Origin: an uncultured virus (IMG/VR IMGVR_UViG_2061766007_000510)
Lineage: Duplodnaviria > Heunggongvirae > Uroviricota > Caudoviricetes
IMG/VR virus record: IMGVR_UViG_2061766007_000510
DNA length: 51,450 bases
Reading direction: 5' to 3' (one strand)
Numbering within the stretch: the stretch's first letter is position 1; each line of letters starts with the position of its first letter. This document shows, piece by piece, positions 19,917-28,318 of the stretch. Under the pieces are notes generated by a model that was not told the DNA's origin, searched no databases, and saw only the letters and a list, made by a program, of their open reading frames with translations. Made by a program: the position numbers and the translations under genes.

Positions 19917-20262
19917 TGCATTCCAGCAGGTGGCCGAGGCGGCTGTGCAGGCTGGCTGCGCCCAGCTGTTCGTGCAGGTGCTCCGTACAATGGAGTACAG
20001 CATATCGGGCCCCTCGGAAGAGGATGGGCTACTGAACGAGGATGAACTCGGGGAAGTAATCCCGGAGCACCAGTGCATCGTGGCGGGCATGTTCCTTGGC
20101 GGGTTCTATGCAGGTACCGGCAACCTGCTTTACAAGGTGCCTACCGAAGCGGCCGAGGCGATACGCCGCGGGCTGGACAGGATGTCCAAGGGACAGAATG
20201 CAGAGGGAGTATCCGACTCCGCACTGGAAGCTGACATGGACAAGAATATCGACCTTATTTAG
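19903..20262 (+). CDS. hypothetical protein
   Basis: MTIRDAFQQ...; GGGAG RBS. Confidence 0.65.
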   Translation: MTIRDAFQQVAEAAVQAGCAQLFVQVLRTMEYSISGPSEEDGLLNEDELGEVIPEHQCIVAGMFLGGFYAGTGNLLYKVPTEAAEAIRRGLDRMSKGQNAEGVSDSALEADMDKNIDLI

Positions 20263-20704
20263 AACGGTCGCGGCGTCTCTCGTTGTAACGGTTTCGCCAG
20301 CGGTCACGGTCGTCCCTCATGTAGTCGAGCTTGTCGCTATATGAGTCGCGGGTGCTGTATGCCTTGTCGCGGGCCTTGTTGGCCTTCTCGACATCGCGCA
20401 CGGCCTTGTCGTACTGCTTGCCGGCCCTGCGTATTTCCGATAGGATGGACGTGCGCATGGAGTCCACGTCGCGCATTATGTCGTAGGCCGACGACCGGTA
20501 GCTCCCGGACGGACTGGCCATGTACCGGTCCTCTCGCCTGGAGTTCTTCTCGTAGAAGCGGTCGAAGATGTCGTTGACCTTCTCCTCCAGACGCTGTGAC
20601 GGGGACTTGCTGGACCCGAACAGCCAACTGAGGATGCCCTCGGTCATCGGGTGCCCGAAGATTTGCTCATATCCTTCCACCAGTGCTTTCTCGATTGCTA
20701 CCAT
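20255..20704 (-). CDS. hypothetical coiled-coil protein, possible late/virion protein
   Basis: Opposite to neighbours; ATAAACT motif at 20728-20736 (-); N-terminal ALVEG/MTEG. Confidence 0.7.
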   Translation of the reverse strand: MVAIEKALVEGYEQIFGHPMTEGILSWLFGSSKSPSQRLEEKVNDIFDRFYEKNSRREDRYMASPSGSYRSSAYDIMRDVDSMRTSILSEIRRAGKQYDKAVRDVEKANKARDKAYSTRDSYSDKLDYMRDDRDRWRNRYNERRRDRSK

Positions 20705-20752
20705 GTTGAATCCGGGGTCTTTTCAACCAGTTTATCTGCGCCCTCCTTAAAT

Positions 20753-20764
20753 TTGCTATATTTG
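20753..20764 (+). promoter_or_regulatory. TTGCTATATTTG promoter motif
   Basis: Upstream of ATG at 20799. Confidence 0.7.
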
Positions 20765-20798
20765 TGGAAACTTAAACTAACCAAATGAGGTACATACC

Positions 20799-21119
20799 AT
20801 GAACACAAAGAAAGTTGTAATCGTTGCCGCCTGTGCCGCCGTCCTGGTAGGCTCGGCAATCGCCTTCCGCAAGGTGAAGAAGGAAGTCACCCGTATCCTC
20901 AAGGCCGAGGAGCCCAAGGATGACACTGTTGACTGCAAGCCGAAGTTTGATGGCTGCGATGCGCGTGCCGAGAAGCTCAACGACTGCTGCGAAGCCCGTA
21001 ACCGCTATGTCGGTCGCAGTCATGCCGACTGTGACTGCGAAGCATTCGGCGACAGCTGCGAGGCAATGAGCCCCTGCGCGGACGCTGCGCCCATGGGCAA
21101 GTCTCGACTGGTCGACTAG
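20799..21119 (+). CDS. membrane-anchored Cys-rich small protein
   Basis: N-terminal hydrophobic segment; many Cys in the C-terminal half. Confidence 0.65.
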   Translation: MNTKKVVIVAACAAVLVGSAIAFRKVKKEVTRILKAEEPKDDTVDCKPKFDGCDARAEKLNDCCEARNRYVGRSHADCDCEAFGDSCEAMSPCADAAPMGKSRLVD

Positions 21120-21414
21120 CCAGGTACTACATCTGCCGGTGAGCCCGTGGTACCNNNNNNNNNNACGGCGTGGACACCGGCAAGAAGGACGGGACACTCC
21201 ATATCCCGCTGAACATCTTCAACAAGGCGGGTAGGAAGAACCTGCTCAAGATACTCGAGAACCTCGACAACGACGGCATCATGGTGTTTGTCGACGTTGA
21301 GTTTGACCGCAGCACCATCGACCAGCTTCAGCGTCTCGATACCGAGATGGAGCTTATCCGCGTGGAGGACGAGGTCGTCGCTTCCGAGGAGATGGAAGAA
21401 GAGGAGGAATTCTA

Positions 21415-21845
21415 GTGGCAGTATACGTAAAGCAGAAGAAGGACCGGTGGACTCCCGAGGAGATAGGCATCCTACGCTTAGGACAGGTCCCCGAAGGTCG
21501 TTCACCGGACAGCGCTAGGGCCAAGGCCAAGTCATTGGGCATTACCTTGTTTGACCGCGAGGGACCCAATACCAGGTGGACGTCCGATGAGTTGGAATCC
21601 CTGGAGCGCGGGGAGCAGCCTCCCGGTCGCTCCGAGACGGCATGCATTTACAAGGGCATGAGCCTCGGGCTCACCGTGAAGTTCGATGACGGCAAGATGT
21701 CCGTCACCCGCAAGAAGGTGAGCGACCGCCGGAAGAAGCTCCTGCAGCGTGCCAGGCAGTATGCCAAGATGAAGGAAAACGGGGAGTCGCTGGCCGAAAT
21801 AGGAAGGCGCGACGGAGTGTCGCGCCAGCGTGTGAACGAGATTAT
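21415..21845 (+). CDS. putative DNA-binding protein (two Myb/SANT-like W-T-x-E-E repeats plus C-terminal HTH)
   Basis: RWTPEEIGIL, RWTSDELESL, SLAEIGRRDGVSRQRVNEI; ends at a gap; paralog at 23331-23730. Confidence 0.7.
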
Positions 21846-21872
21846 NNNNNNNNNNGAAAGAGGAAATTCAAT

Positions 21873-22568
21873 ATGGCCATTACAGCAATATTCTCCGACC
21901 TGGGCGACGTGGACTGCTCCACAATCCCGAACCTGTGGGCTGGCATCAGCGACATAAATGTACTGCGTGTAACCAGGGACTCCGACTATACCAGGGAGGA
22001 CCTCTGGGATGCAATCCGTAACGAGGACGACACCCTCATCATGGCCGGGCACGGCACCCCTGCGGGACTGCTCGGATACGTGGCCCCGCCGCGACCGCAG
22101 CCTACCGACGAATACCTGGAGGACGACGATAGCTTCGACTCCGACATGTTCGGGTACACGTTCGGTTTCAATACTGCGCTCGGACCCAAGGCTGGAAGCA
22201 GGTACGCCCGTCCGTCATACAGGCACATGGAGACAATTGTCGACGACCAGATGGCGAAGGACATCCATGCGGACAAGGTTATTGCTATATGGTGCCATGC
22301 GTCCTCTTTTGCGAAGAACAACCACCTGTACGGATTCTGGTCCTCCATGTTCATAAGCAACAGCGCAGAGGCCAGGTACTGCGGTTTCCAGGGTGTCCCC
22401 AACGAGCTCATAGTCAAGGAGACCATCAAGTTCTTCCATGACGCCAACGTTCTCCTGAAGGCCGGCGTGCCGCTCGAGGAGTGGCCCGAGCGCATCAAGG
22501 CGGTGGGAAACATGAACTACCCGACCACCAAGTACAACTACGACGGACTGATGTATTTCCCGAAATAG
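21873..22568 (+). CDS. hypothetical protein (GHG...WCHA motifs)
   Basis: 231 aa; LIMAGHGTPAGL and IAIWCHAS could be a His/Cys dyad (inference). Confidence 0.75.
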   Translation: MAITAIFSDLGDVDCSTIPNLWAGISDINVLRVTRDSDYTREDLWDAIRNEDDTLIMAGHGTPAGLLGYVAPPRPQPTDEYLEDDDSFDSDMFGYTFGFNTALGPKAGSRYARPSYRHMETIVDDQMAKDIHADKVIAIWCHASSFAKNNHLYGFWSSMFISNSAEARYCGFQGVPNELIVKETIKFFHDANVLLKAGVPLEEWPERIKAVGNMNYPTTKYNYDGLMYFPK

Positions 22569-22595
22569 TCCTTTTGTAAATTAAAATTTTACAAT

Positions 22596-22629
22596 AAATC
22601 CCTTGACAACAGGGGATTTTTTATATAAT
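22596..22629 (+). promoter_or_regulatory. terminator hairpin overlapping a TTGACA...TATAAT-type promoter
   Basis: AAATCCCTTG-ACAA-CAGGGGATTT hairpin containing TTGACA (22603); TATAAT at 22624 (15-nt spacer). Confidence 0.55.
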
Positions 22630-22662
22630 TTACAGAAAGAACAAACAACAAAGGAGCATACC

Positions 22663-23331
22663 ATGGCATACCGTAATATCACATCCTTCCTCGGCCACTG
22701 CTGGATTGGCAGCGAGGACATCCGCAAGATTTCCGAGAAGTTCCCCGCCAAGATGTACGACGTGGACGTCTACTTCACTGACGGCTCCCAGAAGCCCCTC
22801 ATGGCTTGCACCGGCAAGGAACGCAATGTCGAGAAGATTGTCATATCCTACCTGGACGGCACCGGCACCGTCGACCCGGACCCGTACATCCAGCACATCT
22901 ACGGCCCGGTGGATGCCGAGGAGTTCATCAAAGGTACGTTCGACCGCAACCCCGTACTCCACTTCTTCGAGCGCTGCAAGGACGAGTTCCACGAGCAGAC
23001 CCGCAACGAGGACCCGAGGAACATTGCCATGTTCCGCGAGGCCGCCCGCAAGCGTTTCGTGGACTTCGTCGGCATGACCGGGGTCGATTCCGGTAAGAAG
23101 GACGGTACCCTCCATATCCCGTTGAACATCTTCAATAAGGCGGGTAGGAAGAACCTCCTCAAGATTCTCGAGAACCTGGACAGCGACGGAANNNNNNNNN
23201 NNNNNNNNNNNNNNNNNNNNNNNNNNNNNCGCAGTACCATCGACCAGCTCCAGCGTCTCGATACCGAGATGGAACTTATCCGCGTAGAGGACGCGGTTGC
23301 CTCCGAACCCATAGAAGAGGAAGAATTCTAA
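22663..23331 (+). CDS. hypothetical protein
   Basis: AAGGAG RBS; C-terminus duplicated at 21165-21415. Confidence 0.75.
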   Translation: MAYRNITSFLGHCWIGSEDIRKISEKFPAKMYDVDVYFTDGSQKPLMACTGKERNVEKIVISYLDGTGTVDPDPYIQHIYGPVDAEEFIKGTFDRNPVLHFFERCKDEFHEQTRNEDPRNIAMFREAARKRFVDFVGMTGVDSGKKDGTLHIPLNIFNKAGRKNLLKILENLDSDGXXXXXXXXXXXXXRSTIDQLQRLDTEMELIRVEDAVASEPIEEEEF

Positions 23332-23730
23332 TGGCAGTATACATGAAAAAGAAGAAGGACCGTTGGACACCGGAGGAGATTGANNNNNNNNNNNNNNNNN
23401 NNNNNNNNNNNNNNNNNNNNNNNNNNNNNNNNNGCAAAGGCAAAGGCGAAGACGCTGGGCATCACCCTTTTCGACCGTTCCGGGCCGAGCACCCGGTGGA
23501 CTCCGGATGAGATTGAAATGCTCCAGAACGGAGAACAGCCTCCCGGTCGCTCCGAGGTAGCATGCTTCTACAAGGGCATGAGCCTCGGACTTNNNNNNNN
23601 NNTCTGGAACGCGCCAGGTCATATGCCAAGATGAAGGATAGTGGCGATTCGCTTGCTGAAATAGGAAGGCGCGACGGGGTGTCGCGCCAGAGGGTTAACG
23701 AGATTATCGGAGAACTCTCGTCTATTCGCT
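23331..23730 (+). CDS. second copy of the Myb-like/HTH protein (fragmented by gaps)
   Basis: RWTPEEI, RWTPDEIEML, SLAEIGRRDGVSRQRVNEI. Confidence 0.55.
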
Positions 23731-24477
23731 GAATTCCTCCACGGAGCCATCGGGAGATATCTCGGCCTCGGGAAGAATGGAGCCTTCGTCCACCATTTCT
23801 TGCATGGTGTAGTCGTCACTGGTCAGTGTGTATTCCTTCCAGTCATCCGGGGTGAACCGGGAGGACTGCACTGCTACATCGTCGTCATAGTTGTCAGTAA
23901 CCCCGTAGATGCCAACCGGGCAACCGGTGGCCTTCGCTATGACGAATGCATTTGCACCGGCGACACCGTCGGTGCATCTTGTTATCCTGACCTCGTTGCC
24001 GATGGTAACACAGAGGAGTTTCCCAGGAACGAACTCGCCGGTCTTGTCGCGGAAGTCCTGGGTGGTATCCTTGATTACGCCGGATTCCTCGAGCTCGTTG
24101 AGGTAGTCCTCGGTAAGGACGTTGGTGACTACCTGGTGAATATCGTCATACGGGGTGTACTTCAGTATGATGTGTGACTCCCGGGTGCTCATGATGCGGA
24201 ACGGGATGCCCCGTGCGGACAGCTCCATCACGGCCTTCCTGAGCCGGGTGTCGGACATGCCTACCACGTTGAGTTCGCCCTTCTGGTCTGCAGGGGTCAC
24301 CAGGAGGTGGGCTACCTTGGCACCGGGAGTGACCGGGGCAGTTCCCTCGTTCTTGATAATAGGCTGGTCGTTTGTTACCGTAACGTGCAGACCGAGTTCA
24401 TTGTTGATTTCGTTGGCGAGTTTCTGGAACTCTTCCCCATGTCCCATTTCATCTTCCGCATCCTGCCGGTACATCGG
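23722..24477 (-). CDS. C-terminal part of SprT-like protein, duplicate copy (5' end at a gap)
   Basis: Aligns along its length with the product of 24490-25230. Confidence 0.6.
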   Translation of the reverse strand, partial: PMYRQDAEDEMGHGEEFQKLANEINNELGLHVTVTNDQPIIKNEGTAPVTPGAKVAHLLVTPADQKGELNVVGMSDTRLRKAVMELSARGIPFRIMSTRESHIILKYTPYDDIHQVVTNVLTEDYLNELEESGVIKDTTQDFRDKTGEFVPGKLLCVTIGNEVRITRCTDGVAGANAFVIAKATGCPVGIYGVTDNYDDDVAVQSSRFTPDDWKEYTLTSDDYTMQEMVDEGSILPEAEISPDGSVEEFSE

Positions 24478-24489
24478 GNNNNNNNNNNA

Positions 24490-25618
24490 CTGAGCCGTCG
24501 GGAGACACTTCCGCCTCAGGCAGGAGTGCCCCGTCGTCCACCATCTGCTGCATGGTGTAGTCGTCGCAGCGCAGGGTGTAGTCCTTCCATCCTTCCGGGT
24601 TGAACTGTTCGGACTGCACGGCAACATCGTCGTCGTAAATATCGGTCACTCCGTAGATGCCCACCGGGTTCCCGGTGGCTTTTGCTATGATGAGAGCGTT
24701 GGTACCGGCCACTTCGTCGGTGCATCGCGTGACCCTAACCTCGCTGCCGTCTGTGACACACAGGAGCTTGCCCGGGATGAACTCCCCGGTCTTGCTCATG
24801 AATTCCTGCGTGGTGTCTTTGATGACCCCGGCCTCCTCCAGGTCCGCCAGGTACTCCTCGGTGACCGTGCTGGTGACAACATCGTCTATGTCGTCGAACG
24901 GGGTGTACTTCACTATGATATGGGACTCGCGGGTGCTCATGATGCGGAACTGCTTGCCTGCCGCGGACAGTTCCATCACCTCGCGCTTCAGGTTGGTGTC
25001 GGACATCCCCTTCATTATCACCTCGCCCTTCTTGGTGCCCGGGGTGACCAGGAGGTGAGCCACCTTGGCGCTCGGAACCGGGGCGTTGTTGCCGTCGTTC
25101 TGCATGATTGGCTGGTCGTTGGTCACGGTGACGTTCAGTCCGAGTTCGGAGTTGATTTCGCTGGCGAGCTTCTTGAACTCGTCGCCGTGGTCCATGTCCT
25201 CCTCGGCGGTCTGCCGGTATACCAAGTAGTCCCCATCCCTGGCGGCCTCGTTTGCCATGTCGGTGACTACCATAGTGAGCATGAGGTGAATCATCTCGTG
25301 GGCGATTACGTTCAGGAGCTGCAGCGGGGTAAGGCGGAAGTGGTTACTGAGCTCGATTCCGAAGTCCGTGGAGGTCATCTTCCTGATGCCGCCGTCCTGC
25401 TCGGTCCTGTACTGGATGTTCGCCGTGAACATGCCAAGGTGGTCCTGGGAGTCGCTGAACGTGAAGTCGACCTCCCCGGGGAACACGATACCCATGTACT
25501 CCCCATTCTCGGCGAACCACTCCTTGCGCAGGGTGTCGTACATTCGCTTGATGACCGGGAGGCCATATTCCTGAGGCGTCTTCAGGCTCTGGGTGGTCTT
25601 GTCGTAGTTGATTGGCAT
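24490..25618 (-). CDS. SprT-like zinc metalloprotease domain protein
   Basis: IELS...VIAHEMIHL...HGDEFKKLASEIN; 3' end at a gap; ATAAACT motif upstream (25645-25653). Confidence 0.8.
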
Positions 25619-25718
25619 TTCTATGGGTCCGTACTGTTTTCTACCAGTTTATCCCGGGAGCGAAAAACAGAAACATATAAACTTCGGGCAATCGCGATTA
25701 AACTATGGAGAACTCCAA

Positions 25719-26717
25719 ATGAACAAGAATTTTGACAGGTTCCTCGCTATGCTCGAAAGCAAGGCCTCCACTCCGGAAAGGAAGGCCGACATCCGGGCAG
25801 CGCGTGAACTCTACCGTACCGGTACGCTTACCGAGGGCTGGACCACCTGGCAGGGTGTATCCAACTGGGGCAAGAGCAAGCTCGGCAACATCTTCGGAAG
25901 TGCCGGCAAGGACAGCTCCAAGTACAAGGACGCCGGCAAGTCTGCCGAGGCCAAGGAGCGTGACGACAAGAAGGCCGCCCGCATGCGCGAGGTCGAGGAG
26001 AAGCTTGACAAGGCATGCGAGATTGTACTCGATGCCGCCAAGTGGAATCCCGGCCAGGTCGACGCCTGGGTGGACTACCGCCTGAGGCCGGCAATCAAGA
26101 AGGCCATCAACACTGATGACGAGCTGCTTGACTCAGAGACGAAGAAGGGTGCATTCAAGGAAGAACGTGCCCAGTTCGCCAAGATGTACAAGGATGCCGA
26201 CAAGTCCGAGAAGCAGACCATGAAGGACAACCTTGACTCCGCCCTGAAGAAGGCCAACGAAGAGGGAGCCTACAAGAAGGAGGAGGAACAGACCAAGGCT
26301 GCCGAGGAGAAGTTCAACAAGGAGCGCGAGCTTGCCCAGAAGGGCCAGGAAAAGCGCGATGCCGCAAAGAATGACTCTACCGAGAACAAGTGGGATGCCA
26401 CCCAGTCCGTCGGCGCTTCCGAGAAGGACGTGCGTGACAACGCTTCCAACAACCGCAGCAAGGGCTTCGAGGAACGCATGGCTAAGGAAAAGGAAGAGGC
26501 CGGTAAGAAGGTCGCTGACAGCCAGCCGCTCACCATCAAGGGCGACGACGGTTCCGACCTCGACGTAGACACCCTGTACAAGCAGATGTTCGGCGAGTCC
26601 GTCTCCACCAAGAAGCTCCGCGCCGCTTTCGAGAGCGTGTACGGTGACTCCCGTGGATACACTGACCGGGAAATCCGCATGATTTGCGAGTCCTGCTACC
26701 GTCGCAGCAAGCGTTAA
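25719..26717 (+). CDS. highly charged helical protein, possible late/virion protein
   Basis: K/E/A-rich; TATAAACT at 25676; GGAG RBS; MLES, LTEG, FGES, AFES motifs. Confidence 0.75.
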   Translation: MNKNFDRFLAMLESKASTPERKADIRAARELYRTGTLTEGWTTWQGVSNWGKSKLGNIFGSAGKDSSKYKDAGKSAEAKERDDKKAARMREVEEKLDKACEIVLDAAKWNPGQVDAWVDYRLRPAIKKAINTDDELLDSETKKGAFKEERAQFAKMYKDADKSEKQTMKDNLDSALKKANEEGAYKKEEEQTKAAEEKFNKERELAQKGQEKRDAAKNDSTENKWDATQSVGASEKDVRDNASNNRSKGFEERMAKEKEEAGKKVADSQPLTIKGDDGSDLDVDTLYKQMFGESVSTKKLRAAFESVYGDSRGYTDREIRMICESCYRRSKR

Positions 26718-26735
26718 TCTCCAAAAAAATGAAAT

Positions 26736-26768
26736 AAAAAAATCCCGGGAGTACTCCCGGGATTTTTT
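26736..26768. terminator. bidirectional intrinsic terminator
   Basis: Perfect palindrome AAAAAATCCCGGGAGTACTCCCGGGATTTTTT between convergent genes. Confidence 0.85.
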
Positions 26769-26794
26769 CTATCCACACAAAATACAAATTATTT

Positions 26795-27565
26795 TTAGCA
26801 CACTGCGTGGTCGAGGCACCAGTCGCTTTCTTCCTCGTACTTCTTGCGGAGCTTCTGGAGGGCAAGCTTGTGCTTGTTCCTGATGTAGTCCTTGCTGCTG
26901 CCGGTGACCGCGGCGATAGAAGCCAGGGACCATGTATGGCCGCTCATGCGCCCGTCGGTGTCGGCCTCGTCATGGCGGTAGCACTTGTCGACGATGTCCT
27001 TCTCCTCGGAGTCGAGAACGCAGGAGATGGTATCGGCGATAGTCTTGTATTCCCTTGTCGCAGAATAGTTTACGACGGACTCCGCCGCTTCACCCTCGAG
27101 CGTGTCGAACAGGGTGAGGCTGCCGCCGTCCTTGACGGACTTGTGGCCGGACTCGAGCTTCACGTACTTGTCACACTTGTTGGCCTTGACGATATTCTCC
27201 GGGAGATGGATGAGCCGGTCCTCGTAGCATTCCTTGTTCATCGCGGAGAACACATGGTTGCGGAGGAAAGTCCAGAAGCGGTTTCCCTGGGTGGGCTCGA
27301 ACAGCTCGATTGCACGGTCGATGGCGAGCATGGCAGCGGAGATGAGTTCCTCCGTGTTGCCGGTAAAGTGCTTGTACTTGTCCTTGCTCGCCATTTCCAT
27401 GATTGCCGGCAACTGCTTCTCAAACAACAGGTTACGGGCTATGATGTCGCCTTTCTTGGCGCGCATGATGATGGCTGTTTCTGCATCAACCGTGCGGGCT
27501 GCCTTGCTTGCCAGGGTATATACCTTCCTCACACGGTTCTTGAACTGTTCCGTTGCTCTTTCCAT
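26795..27565 (-). CDS. phage-encoded sigma-70-family RNA polymerase sigma factor
   Basis: AKKGDIIARNLL, EELISAAMLAIDRAIELFEPTQGNRFWTF, RLIHLP; region-4 HTH SLASIAAVTGSSKDYIRNKHKLALQKLR. Confidence 0.85.
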   Translation of the reverse strand: MERATEQFKNRVRKVYTLASKAARTVDAETAIIMRAKKGDIIARNLLFEKQLPAIMEMASKDKYKHFTGNTEELISAAMLAIDRAIELFEPTQGNRFWTFLRNHVFSAMNKECYEDRLIHLPENIVKANKCDKYVKLESGHKSVKDGGSLTLFDTLEGEAAESVVNYSATREYKTIADTISCVLDSEEKDIVDKCYRHDEADTDGRMSGHTWSLASIAAVTGSSKDYIRNKHKLALQKLRKKYEEESDWCLDHAVC

Positions 27566-27683
27566 GATTGCGTCTCCATGTTAACTTGTTCGTTGTTGTG
27601 TTCTTTTGTCAATAATTTTGTGATAGAAATATAATAAATAAATCTGTCACGGAGCATATTTTTTCAAAATAATTTGTAAAATT

Positions 27684-28277
27684 TTATTGCTTCTCCTCGG
27701 CGAAGATTTCCGGGTTCGTGCGACGCATGGAGGTGAAGCCCTGGCGGCTAATCACGACGCTGTCGAGGAGCCTGAAGCCGAGCAGCTTGCCGGAGTCGAG
27801 GAGCCCCTTGGTGAACGTGATGTCCTTGCCGGAAAACTCGAGGCTTCCGCTCGGATGGTTGTGCGCGATGATGATGCCGGTGGCGCGGTCCTCGNNNNNN
27901 NNNNNNNNNNNNNNNNNNNNNNNNNNNNNNNNNNNNNNNNNNNNNNNNNNNNNNNNNNNNNNNNNNNNNNNNNGGAGGTCACCGTGAGGACGACCAGGTT
28001 CTCCACGTTCTTGTCCTTCAGGTCGCTGAGATGCCATGCGACGATGTCGGGATTGCTGAGCGGGAGCATCATCGTCCCGAACACGAACTTGGTGGACATG
28101 GATGCCGCGGCGACNNNNNNNNNNNNNNNNNNNNNNNNNNNNNNNNNNAAGGTCGGAAGCGACTGCTTCCGGGGAGGGAATTTCGCGGCACTTTGCAAGA
28201 TAGCTTACCGCGATTTCGGCCACCCGGCGGTTGCCGAGGATGGTGGCCATGAGAGTGATAGTATCGTTGTTTGCCAT
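27684..28277 (-). CDS. RadC-like JAB/MPN domain protein (gap-interrupted)
   Basis: IIIAHNHPSGSLEFSGKD...T..L...GKLLGFRLLDSVVI. Confidence 0.85.
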   Translation of the reverse strand: MANNDTITLMATILGNRRVAEIAVSYLAKCREIPSPEAVASDLXXXXXXXXXXXXRRGIHVHQVRVRDDDAPAQQSRHRRMASQRPEGQERGEPGRPHGDLXXXXXXXXXXXXXXXXXXXXXXXXXXXEDRATGIIIAHNHPSGSLEFSGKDITFTKGLLDSGKLLGFRLLDSVVISRQGFTSMRRTNPEIFAEEKQ

Positions 28278-28318
28278 GATTAACTCCTTGAGTAGTAAAT
28301 TTTTAAATTATTTTTTCT

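Noticed and set aside
17981..20090. Long 340-608 aa ORFs spanning 18.6-19.6 kb
   Set aside because: Artefacts of translating through a ~1-kb N gap.
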